From assembly GCA_046599035.1 (NCBI GenBank), contig JBKJHK010000003.1:1-41355 (forward strand): a stretch of DNA of 41,355 nucleotides. The letters run 5' to 3'. Source of the stretch: Parcubacteria group bacterium (GTDB lineage: Bacteria; Patescibacteriota; Minisyncoccia; Phycocordibacterales; DATDWN01). Position 1 is the first letter of the stretch, and each line of letters opens with the position of its first letter. Positions 16,437 through 24,345 of this stretch are shown one piece after another. The notes beneath the pieces are model-generated. The model saw only the letters and a list, made by a program, of their open reading frames with translations. It was not told where the DNA came from and did no database searches. A program made the position numbers and the translations under genes.

Positions 16437-17006
16437 TTATGTATGTGAAGTTAAGTTACCTACTGTCGAGAGTTTTCGTTTTGAAAAATAAAAGTAAACC
16501 ATAAAACTTACTATTGCTGCGAAAAAACACCAGACAGACACAAATGAAACCGAATAAAACCAGTATGCTGTGAGTGCCGAAAAAAATACTAGAACTCCGA
16601 AAATATTGATTATCTTTTTACTAGAGAAGAAACAACTAAGAATAGTTGCTGAAAAATAAAATCCTAATACCCAATAACCATAGAAATGTGAATTATTATA
16701 GGCAATGCTTTTATTAATTATTTCCGAAGTAACTAGAGATAGCGTATGAGAATAGAGAAGGTATCCTCCGACTACGATCCCAATAAGCTGAAATACGTAC
16801 AAGACTTTTTTCCGCCAAGGCTCTGTTTCTAGTGATCCTATTGCAAACGGAACAAAAATCGACCATACCACAAATGCAAACAATGAGAATGCATAGATCA
16901 TTACTGCATTGAGTATTGTGGAATGCCAACTAAATGAGAGCCAGACGAACCCTTCAATCAGTTGCTGGATACCAAAAAGCAGTGGGATCATTGCTGAGAA
17001 ACACAT
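16437..17006 (-). CDS. hypothetical polytopic membrane protein
   Basis: About 190 aa from ATG 17006 (MCFSAMIPLLFGIQQLIEGFVWLS) with 5-6 TM segments. The longer track ORF would overlap the DUF2933 gene. Confidence 0.6.
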   Translation of the reverse strand: MCFSAMIPLLFGIQQLIEGFVWLSFSWHSTILNAVMIYAFSLFAFVVWSIFVPFAIGSLETEPWRKKVLYVFQLIGIVVGGYLLYSHTLSLVTSEIINKSIAYNNSHFYGYWVLGFYFSATILSCFFSSKKIINIFGVLVFFSALTAYWFYSVSFVSVWCFFAAIVSFMVYFYFSKRKLSTVGNLTSHT

Positions 17007-17010
17007 ACTA

Positions 17011-17238
17011 TTATTTGTGAATGGAAGTAGAATCTCTTTCCATTTTATTATTCGTATCCTTAGAATCGTGTGAAATGCCATGTTTTCCATGTATAAATAA
17101 GTGCATGAAAAGACAACCGAATAGAAATGTAAAAGGTAAGTACGGAAATACATGCTGTCCATGATCGATCACAAGATATATTCCAATGACCACAAGAGAG
17201 ACAATGAGTACCCAACGTATTGTGTTGTTATTTTCCAT
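17011..17238 (-). CDS. DUF2933-like small membrane protein
   Basis: MENNNTIRWVLIVSLVVIGIYLV...FLFGCLFMHLFIHGKHG. The C.LMHLFMHG-type motif is typical of DUF2933 proteins found in metal-resistance loci. Confidence 0.7.
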   Translation of the reverse strand: MENNNTIRWVLIVSLVVIGIYLVIDHGQHVFPYLPFTFLFGCLFMHLFIHGKHGISHDSKDTNNKMERDSTSIHK

Positions 17239-17254
17239 AATTTTAAGCTCGTTA

Positions 17255-17476
17255 TTAAACAATCTCACCCTTCTTTTCGAGCATTATGTGGTGCATAGTA
17301 CTTACCGTAAACCAAATAGCGATAAGCATCAAAAGGCCAGAACAAAATAGCCAATGCTCTCGTGTGACACCTCACACAAGCGCATCTTCACTCATCGTTG
17401 CTCCTACAATAGCGGAAACAATACCGGCAAACCCAACAACCATACTTAAGATGTGCAAAGTTTTTGAGATTTTCAT
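17255..17476 (-). pseudogene. small two-TM ORF interrupted by one in-frame UGA (pseudogene or recoding candidate)
   Basis: Codon-by-codon hand translation gives MKISKTLHILSMVVGFAGIVSAIVGATMSEDALV*GVTREHWLFCSGLLMLIAIWFTVSTMHHIMLEKKGEIV. The UGA lies at 17372-17374, inside a 9-bp hairpin. Confidence 0.5.
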
Positions 17477-17485
17477 AGTGCTTTT

Positions 17486-17767
17486 TTATTTATTTGATAA
17501 TGTGTAAATTCTAATTAATTCTTTAATGGCTTTCTCGTCTTCACCTTTAGTTTGCATTTTATTCTTTACGTGAGTACGAAGATGATTCTCTAAAAGAAAG
17601 CTCTCGAGGCTTTTCAATGATCTTTCAATAGAACGAGATTGCTCCAACAGGGTTGGGCAATACTCTTCTTTTTCAATAGCTTTAGTGAGACCATCGACTT
17701 GACCTCGAATTATCTTTGCTCGATGGATAGCTCTACTTTTTAGTTTTTGGTCTACTGGAGAGTGCAT
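17486..17767 (-). CDS. CsoR/RcnR-family metalloregulator with an RcnR-type H-C-H-H ligand fingerprint
   Basis: 93 aa with His2, Cys37 (EEYCPTLL), His62 and His66 (ENHLRTH). The C-to-H spacing of 25 and the H-to-H spacing of 4 match RcnR. Confidence 0.9.
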   Translation of the reverse strand: MHSPVDQKLKSRAIHRAKIIRGQVDGLTKAIEKEEYCPTLLEQSRSIERSLKSLESFLLENHLRTHVKNKMQTKGEDEKAIKELIRIYTLSNK

Positions 17768-17814
17768 ATTTTATATATGAGTTAATAATCTTAGATTATC
17801 GACCTTTCATATAG

Positions 17815-17834
17815 TATATACCCCTATACCCTAT
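17815..17834. promoter_or_regulatory. candidate RcnR/CsoR-type operator
   Basis: TATATACCCCTATACCCTAT is a C/G tract flanked by an AT-rich inverted repeat (TATA-C4-TATA). It lies about 50-65 nt upstream of the regulator ATG. Confidence 0.45.
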
Positions 17835-17896
17835 CTTGTAAATAGATATGACTGTGTCTACTTGAACTTAGTATTTTCTAAATCTCTTTCACAACT

Positions 17897-17926
17897 AAAA
17901 ACCCTTGGTTCAAAGCCAAGGGTTTT
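17897..17926. terminator. intrinsic terminator separating the two metal operons
   Basis: AAAAACCCTTGG-TTCAAAG-CCAAGGGTTTTT lies directly after the RND pump stop codon. Confidence 0.65.
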
Positions 17927-17941
17927 TAGTTTGCTAATTTA

Positions 17942-20900
17942 TCAATTGATATTATCACTCTTGTGTAGAACTCCACGAATCCATTTGCGAGCACGAATGA
18001 ACATATCAGGATGCATACCGACAAAATAGAATACCGCAGGAGTTAAGAATATTGAGATAATAGTAGATGACACGAGTCCACCAAATATCACAACTGCGAG
18101 TGGGTGGAGTAATTCTTTACCCGGCTCTTCTGCTGCTAACATAAGAGGAATGAGGGCGAGAGCGGTAACCATAGATGTCATGAGTACTGGCACCAGTCTG
18201 TCTATCGTTGCTTCGACTACAACCTCTTTTGTAAGTTTACCAGCTTCTCTTACTTTACTTAGGCATCGTTCGATCAACAATATTCCATTACGAGACACGA
18301 TACCCGCAAGAGATATGAATCCAACAGTATGGGCGAGATTGATCACTCCCCCAGTTAGCCAGATAGCAATAATTCCACCAATAAAAACAGTTGGGATGTT
18401 CAACATGATCTGTAGTACAATTGGAATTTTTCGAAAGGCATAGAACAATATTCCAAAAATTAAACCGAGTGCAATGACAAACATCAATGCGAGACGAGTA
18501 CTATTTTCCTTTTGACTTTTGTATGTCCCTTCGTAGGATATAGCAATACCCGTTTTCAACTGTTTTGTATCCATTATCTTTTTTACATTTTCAACTGCAC
18601 CAACAATATCCTTACCTTGATAATTTGCAGTGACATTCATTACTCGTTTACCTCCTTCATGACTATATTTATTGCGACCACCCTCTATTCTGATATCCCC
18701 AGCATCAGAAAGCGTATCGACTGATTCGATTGGTAACGATAAATCACGGAGTGCAGTAGCGCTACCTTTTGAATTCTGATCAAACCGAAGCACTACATTA
18801 ATACGAGCACCTTCTTTCTGAACTTGACCAATTTCTTTCCCAAGTAAGCCCTCTTCGAGGGCATCGGCGACACGAGCGACAGAGACACCGTTTTCACCAA
18901 GTCTATTAGTATCGAGATAAATTCTAAATTCAGGGACAATCACCTCTTTTTGAATTTGAGGATTTTTTACACCATCTTGCTTTGCTAATTCGACCTTGAT
19001 GGTTTCGGCAGTTTCTTTCATCGCCCCTAGATCATCACCGAATACTTTCATGACAATAGGCGCTCTTACCCCGGACAGAGATTCTTCTACTTTATGCGTA
19101 ATTGGTTTTCCAAGCCCATAATCAGCACCTTTATAGAGGTCTAAAATCCCCTGTATCTCTTTCGACAAATCGTCTATTTTATTTTCGAGTCCAGGTTCAA
19201 AGATTACTTGTATCTCGCTCGTATTTGCACCACTATCATGAGGATCGGCCCCGGCACGCCCAGTGATATGGCTTACACGCGCAACACCTTCAATGTTTCC
19301 TATTTCTTTTTCTAAAATAGACGCAAAGGTATTTGAGGTATTGAGATCTGTTCCCGTAGGAAGCGTGACCGAGATAACAAGTGAGTTTTCATTAAATGGC
19401 GGAATACCTTCTTTTCCTGCAAACGAATAGAGTCCGACTGCGACAATAAGGGAGATTAATACTCCCAAACTAAGCTTCTTTATGTTATTGATGCTCCAGT
19501 AGATATGTGGGGTTATTTTTGTTTTTAACCATACGACCAGTTTTGTTTCACCTCGTTCGTTTGCCTCTATATTTTTTAATAGCAGTGCCGATAACGCTGG
19601 TGTAAGAGTGAGTGAAACTATAAGCGATGCAACGAGAGATATCAGATACGCAATACCGATTGAGGAAAGTAGCTTACCTTCGACATCTGGGATAAAGAAT
19701 ACTGGTAAGAAAACCACAACAACCAGTAATGTTGCATAGACGATTGAATTTCTGACTTCGACTGAAGCATTGAATATGACATCCTTAAATGGGGTGCTGA
19801 GTCCTTTATTCTTCCACTCTGTTAACCGATGGTGGATATTTTCTACATCAACAATAGCATCATCCACGAGCTCGCCGATAGCGATGGCAATACCACCGAG
19901 GGTCATTACATTAACCGACACTCCTATAAACTTAAATATGATTGCGCTGACTAGAATTGATACTGGAATAGCTGTGAGTGTAATGAGTGTAATTCTCCAT
20001 CTCATGAGAAAGAGTGAAACAATCAATATCACAAGCAGAATACCTTCAGCAAGGGCTTTTTTTACATTACTAAGTCCAGAATCAATAAACCACTGTTGAC
20101 GGAAAAGATCATTTTGAATTTTAACACCTGTAGGCAAGCTTTTACCGATTGTTACAAGCGCTTCATCTACCGACGTCGTAACTTTTAGTGTTTCTGCATC
20201 AGGTTGACGAGAAATACGCATGATTACACCAGGCTTCCCGTCTATCGTCGCAGCTCCACGAACAAGACTCGGACCTTCAATGATTGCTGCTACGTCCGCA
20301 AGCCTGACAGTTCCTCCAGCTTTATCTTTTCCGACTACTACATTTTGTAGATCTGCAATTTCTCGAGGTGCAACCATAATACGGATTGGATACTCTTTAT
20401 TTTTCTCAACCAGAAGACCTCCACTTTTATTATTAAGTATAGGCTCAAGTGAACCTGCAATATCTTCGACACCTATACCTAGACTTTTCATCGCAGTGGC
20501 ATTCATTTGAATCTGCCATTCCTTTACATCTCCACCTAAGACGATGATGTCAGATACTCCGGTTACACGCAGTAGTGCTGGACGTACCGTCCAATCAGCA
20601 AGCGTACGCAAATCCATACCTGACATATTTGGATCGTCCGATGTTACTCCGATCCACATTACTTCACCTAAAATTGACCCCACAGGACCCAACACCGGTC
20701 GAGCGCCGTTTGGCAACTCTAATCGTGATAGTCGCTCTTGGATAATTTGTCTATTGCGAAAAATATCCGAACCCCATTCAAATTCTGCATTTACAATTGC
20801 AAGCCCAAATGAAGCAGTGCTGCGAACACGGGTCACACCAGGAGCTCCTGATACAGCAGACTCCACAGGAAAAAGTATCAGTTTTTCTACATCTTCAGCA

Positions 20901-21070
20901 GACATACCTTCACCTTCAGTAAATATAGCAACAGTAGGTTTATTAATGTCTGGAAGGACATCAACCTTCATAGTGCTAAAGCTCCAAATACCTCCTATAA
21001 CGACGATAAGTGACAGTAAAACTACGATTCCTGTATGGTCGAGGGACCATTTGATTATTTTATTGAACAT
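17942..21070 (-). CDS. RND efflux pump, heavy-metal-efflux (HME) family, CusA-like
   Basis: 1042 aa with 12-TM RND architecture. The TM4 signature GGIAIAIGELVDDAIVDVENIHHRL closely resembles the CusA [25 protein letters not shown] segment as I recall it. Confidence 0.95.
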   Translation of the reverse strand: MFNKIIKWSLDHTGIVVLLSLIVVIGGIWSFSTMKVDVLPDINKPTVAIFTEGEGMSAEDVEKLILFPVESAVSGAPGVTRVRSTASFGLAIVNAEFEWGSDIFRNRQIIQERLSRLELPNGARPVLGPVGSILGEVMWIGVTSDDPNMSGMDLRTLADWTVRPALLRVTGVSDIIVLGGDVKEWQIQMNATAMKSLGIGVEDIAGSLEPILNNKSGGLLVEKNKEYPIRIMVAPREIADLQNVVVGKDKAGGTVRLADVAAIIEGPSLVRGAATIDGKPGVIMRISRQPDAETLKVTTSVDEALVTIGKSLPTGVKIQNDLFRQQWFIDSGLSNVKKALAEGILLVILIVSLFLMRWRITLITLTAIPVSILVSAIIFKFIGVSVNVMTLGGIAIAIGELVDDAIVDVENIHHRLTEWKNKGLSTPFKDVIFNASVEVRNSIVYATLLVVVVFLPVFFIPDVEGKLLSSIGIAYLISLVASLIVSLTLTPALSALLLKNIEANERGETKLVVWLKTKITPHIYWSINNIKKLSLGVLISLIVAVGLYSFAGKEGIPPFNENSLVISVTLPTGTDLNTSNTFASILEKEIGNIEGVARVSHITGRAGADPHDSGANTSEIQVIFEPGLENKIDDLSKEIQGILDLYKGADYGLGKPITHKVEESLSGVRAPIVMKVFGDDLGAMKETAETIKVELAKQDGVKNPQIQKEVIVPEFRIYLDTNRLGENGVSVARVADALEEGLLGKEIGQVQKEGARINVVLRFDQNSKGSATALRDLSLPIESVDTLSDAGDIRIEGGRNKYSHEGGKRVMNVTANYQGKDIVGAVENVKKIMDTKQLKTGIAISYEGTYKSQKENSTRLALMFVIALGLIFGILFYAFRKIPIVLQIMLNIPTVFIGGIIAIWLTGGVINLAHTVGFISLAGIVSRNGILLIERCLSKVREAGKLTKEVVVEATIDRLVPVLMTSMVTALALIPLMLAAEEPGKELLHPLAVVIFGGLVSSTIISIFLTPAVFYFVGMHPDMFIRARKWIRGVLHKSDNIN

Positions 21071-21078
21071 ATTATATC

Positions 21079-22803
21079 CTATTCATCATGACCGTGAGGC
21101 TGGCTTTCGTCTTGGACTTCTGTTTTTTTCTCTGATGGAACTATTTGTGGGGTAGCATTGTCTGTCGCTTTTACTTGCATACCATCTTTCATATCAGAAA
21201 TCGGACGAGTTACGATACGATCACCATCTATTAATCCTGTAGTGATTTCGACTGTATCACCAAATGTTCTCCCTGCAGTTATTTCTTTTGATAGCAACTT
21301 ATTTTCTGCTGTCACTGTCCACACACGAGTTTCACCCTCATCACTCCAGAAAATTGCAGTGAAAGGTACTACTGCTGTTGTAGCACCTGTATTACTTGGT
21401 ATGACTCGAACAGATGCATGTACAGGCCAGTCTGTAGGTTCGGTAAATTGTGCATCTGCCATGTATGAGCCGTTTGTATCGAGTGATACACCTACGCCAA
21501 TAACTTTAATTTTAATCTTAGTATCCAAGAATCCCGGACGAACCACAGTGAGCATATCGCCAGATTTTGGGGCGATTGCATTGCTTGGAATGCGGAACCG
21601 TATCAATTTTTCCTTATTGCTCGTTCCATTTATTGAAGCGAGTGTGTCTTCGGGTCGTACAAATTCTCCAACTCGCTTTGCAATAGTTGAAATAGTCCCA
21701 CTTCGTGTTGCCACTATTTCTAAACCTCCTGTGAGGCCACCTACCACACTGTTATACGAAGCTTGTTTTGCTATTACTTCTGCATTAGCTAGTGCAAGAT
21801 CTTTTTCAAGCTGAATGATTTCTGCATCAATCTCTTGGTTCTTAGCCACGATATCTTGATTTTTCCCGGCAATTTCTTGAATCTTTACGTCATTATCTAC
21901 AAGCGATTCTTTGTATTCTTTCAATGTAGTAACAAATTCTTGTTGTTCAGTCGTAACAACAGACTTAAGATTAGCAAGTACCGTTGAGTCCAAGTCTCCG
22001 TCTGTTATTGTTTCTGAGAGAAGTTTTACTGTTGCATCAAAATATGCAAGTCCGCTTACCTCAGGAACAAGCTCCTTGTTACTTAGATCTTTTAAGGCTT
22101 GGTGAATTTTTTCAGGATAGCTGTTTCTACTTGAACCGAAAAAACCTACATTCCATCTCAAATTAACTAAGGAATTTATGTTTGGGTATCCACTATTTGC
22201 TGAAATTGTGGGATATATTTTTGATATTGATCCTTGGAGCACTATCTGAACGTTACTCTTTTTTGTTTGAGTAAGAGAGTTAGTGTTACTTCCAAGATTG
22301 GAAGTGGAATAAGAATTTTTTAGATTAGAATAGGAATCTTTTAACGAGTTTAATTGTTCTATTTTCTTTTGATTGAATACTATGGTTGCTTGGGCCTGTG
22401 CTTTTGCGCGCACAAGCTCTTCTGACTCTGAAGCTATAGCTTGGACGATATCTGCTGTTTTTGGTGGAGCAGAAAGCTTACCCAAGGCTTGACCTTGGTA
22501 TACTTTTTGTCCGATTTTCACATTCCACTCTGCAATTGTTCCTTCACGCTTTGGTTGGACGTTTACATCATTGGCTGAGAGTATTTCTCCAGACCACGAA
22601 ACACCAGAGCCGATATCGAGAGTGTTTTCAGGTGTAGTTGTTTGTCCGATCGTTAGTACGGATACTTTCGGATAATTATTTTCATCGGATAGTAGATGTG
22701 TTTGTATAGTATCCTTACTTGAAATTTTTTTATATCCAATAGCGCCTCCCACGATAAGCACAGCTACAAGTACACCTATAATAAGAAGTTTGTTTTCTTT
22801 CAT
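21079..22803 (-). CDS. RND/MFP periplasmic adaptor subunit (HlyD-like), oversized, with a His-rich C-terminal tail
   Basis: 574 aa with an N-terminal TM segment, a lipoyl-like motif (GQKVYQGQALGKLSAP), a very long Ser/Asn- and coiled-coil-rich insert, C-terminal beta-barrel segments and the tail QDESQPHGHDE. Confidence 0.85.
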   Translation of the reverse strand: MKENKLLIIGVLVAVLIVGGAIGYKKISSKDTIQTHLLSDENNYPKVSVLTIGQTTTPENTLDIGSGVSWSGEILSANDVNVQPKREGTIAEWNVKIGQKVYQGQALGKLSAPPKTADIVQAIASESEELVRAKAQAQATIVFNQKKIEQLNSLKDSYSNLKNSYSTSNLGSNTNSLTQTKKSNVQIVLQGSISKIYPTISANSGYPNINSLVNLRWNVGFFGSSRNSYPEKIHQALKDLSNKELVPEVSGLAYFDATVKLLSETITDGDLDSTVLANLKSVVTTEQQEFVTTLKEYKESLVDNDVKIQEIAGKNQDIVAKNQEIDAEIIQLEKDLALANAEVIAKQASYNSVVGGLTGGLEIVATRSGTISTIAKRVGEFVRPEDTLASINGTSNKEKLIRFRIPSNAIAPKSGDMLTVVRPGFLDTKIKIKVIGVGVSLDTNGSYMADAQFTEPTDWPVHASVRVIPSNTGATTAVVPFTAIFWSDEGETRVWTVTAENKLLSKEITAGRTFGDTVEITTGLIDGDRIVTRPISDMKDGMQVKATDNATPQIVPSEKKTEVQDESQPHGHDE

Positions 22804-22827
22804 AGGTAATAAATATTGGTCTAGTAA

Positions 22828-23007
22828 TTACTCGTCATGTCCATGTGGCTGGCTCTCATCTTGGATAGGGGTATGCTCACCCGTAGTTTCATGAGTATGA
22901 TCTGTGTGACCATCTGATGCAGGATTAGTTCCCGGTCTTAAGATAAAAAATGCAGCACCAATTGCAAGGATAATGAGAACAGAAACAATAATAAGATTCT
23001 TTTTCAT
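22828..23007 (-). CDS. 59-aa membrane-anchored His-rich peptide
   Basis: Below the track cutoff. Hand translation is MKKNLIIVSVLIILAIGAAFFILRPGTNPASDGHTDHTHETTGEHTPIQDESQPHGHDE. The last 11 aa are identical to the adaptor C-terminus. Confidence 0.65.
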   Translation of the reverse strand: MKKNLIIVSVLIILAIGAAFFILRPGTNPASDGHTDHTHETTGEHTPIQDESQPHGHDE

Positions 23008-23082
23008 AAGTTAGTTTAAGTTAATAGTTAATACATACCAAAAAACCTATTGTGTTTGCAAAGGTTAATATAAATCATTAAG

Positions 23083-23457
23083 TTAAAACGACTTAGAGTT
23101 AAGAATGCCTCTTGAAAAAAGTAATGTGTATAGATTAAATAATCGAGGTGGTGAGCCTTCGGTGAGAGAAGATAGCTTTTGTGTTCGTTTCAACAGTAAA
23201 GATAGACTAATGACGGAGTTGGCAAAAAAACCAGACATCATTAGTACAAGGATAAATCCTAACTGTGTGTTATTTCTTGCTGTTGTAGTAAATGTAGATT
23301 CATGACATTCAACTGTCGATGATTCGTAATCATCGACTTTTTGACTATGTGCGTTGAATTCTAATGAGTTACAGGAAGATAACAAGAAAACAAACGAAAC
23401 CAAAATAGTTATCGGAAAAATTAAACTTAATATTAATTTTTTATGGTTTATAAACAT
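23083..23457 (-). CDS. hypothetical protein with a lipoprotein-type signal (LLSSC)
   Basis: 124 aa with an N-terminal signal and lipobox-like LLSSCNS, plus one more hydrophobic segment. No family recognised. Confidence 0.45.
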   Translation of the reverse strand: MFINHKKLILSLIFPITILVSFVFLLSSCNSLEFNAHSQKVDDYESSTVECHESTFTTTARNNTQLGFILVLMMSGFFANSVISLSLLLKRTQKLSSLTEGSPPRLFNLYTLLFSRGILNSKSF

Positions 23458-23491
23458 AATCTACTCATTGTAACATTATTAAAAATACGAC

Positions 23492-23962
23492 TCAAATACT
23501 TAAAGAATTTAGTTTTGCTTTCATCTGATCAATTTGTGATTGCTGGCTTGAGAGAATATCTTTACATAATTCTTTTAATTCAGAATCCTCTACAGGTGCT
23601 TTTTCGCACATAAGAATTGCACTGGCGTGGTGAGTAATCATCGATTTTAAAAACTGTCTATCCGAAATACCGGTTTGCTGTCTGATTAAAGTAAGAAAAA
23701 TAATTAATAGTAGGACGCTACTGGCAATTATAAAGGTATTCCATTTTTTGTTATAATACATAGCCCTCATAACAAAAAGCTCAATAATCACCATTGGAGC
23801 TGTCATCAAGCCTGCCATATAAAACTGGTTATAATTAATCAAAACATTGGCAAATGTGTTAACCATTGCATACATAAAAACAAACATTGATATAAACGAC
23901 AGTATAACCATAACGAGCAAATTACGATACTGCTTACTATTCATTGAATTTTCCATTTCCAT
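23492..23962 (-). CDS. DUF305 domain membrane protein
   Basis: 156 aa with three TM segments followed by FLKSMITHHASAILM, a DUF305 HH motif. Confidence 0.8.
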   Translation of the reverse strand: MEMENSMNSKQYRNLLVMVILSFISMFVFMYAMVNTFANVLINYNQFYMAGLMTAPMVIIELFVMRAMYYNKKWNTFIIASSVLLLIIFLTLIRQQTGISDRQFLKSMITHHASAILMCEKAPVEDSELKELCKDILSSQQSQIDQMKAKLNSLSI

Positions 23963-23997
23963 AAAATTAATTGTTAGTTAATAATTAAATTACTTCC

Positions 23998-24339
23998 TTA
24001 AAGGAAATATACTGCTAGGGCACTGCACCCGAATAAAAGTCCAATATCTCGATAGACTTCATGAAACTCATGTCTACTTGAAACTACAAGAACACCTAAA
24101 AGATGTGTAGCCGCTAATACTGCAGCTATACCGGTAAAATAACCACTTATAAGCCACGCTCCAATAAAGAGATCTCCTACTGCTGTCCCGAGCATGAAAG
24201 ATCTGGCAGACAAAAGATATCTAGAAAACCATTTCGGCAACATGTGGGTCCACTTATCTTTATCTTTTAGAATCAAAACACCTGTTAGAACAAAAGTTAT
24301 TCCGAGACCGATTCTTAAAATAAGTATTGGGAGTTCCAT
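23998..24339 (-). CDS. small 4-TM membrane protein, DoxX-like
   Basis: 113 aa. The topology and the N-terminal LRIGLGITFVLTG pattern resemble the DoxX family. The assignment is tentative. Confidence 0.5.
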   Translation of the reverse strand: MELPILILRIGLGITFVLTGVLILKDKDKWTHMLPKWFSRYLLSARSFMLGTAVGDLFIGAWLISGYFTGIAAVLAATHLLGVLVVSSRHEFHEVYRDIGLLFGCSALAVYFL

Positions 24340-24345
24340 ATTATT

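Noticed and set aside
17372-17374. Genome-wide UGA reassignment (code 4 or code 25) as the explanation for the in-frame UGA.
   Set aside because: At least three well-supported genes in this window terminate on TGA at sensible C-termini (stops at 8110, 17942 and 23492). All long ORFs are intact under the standard code.
17340-17400. Selenocysteine insertion (bacterial SECIS) at the in-frame UGA.
   Set aside because: The hairpin contains the UGA in its stem, whereas a canonical SECIS is a roughly 40-nt element starting just downstream. No sel genes or tRNA-Sec are visible here. It is kept only as a minor alternative within the recoding finding.
18150-21155. Multiple plus-strand ORFs antisense to the RND pump, the ATPases, the ABC exporter and other genes (for example 20544-21155, 21158-21814 and 28261-28911).
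   Set aside because: They are shadow ORFs opposite strongly supported long genes. They have low-complexity Ser/Pro/Thr-rich translations and no start-site signals.
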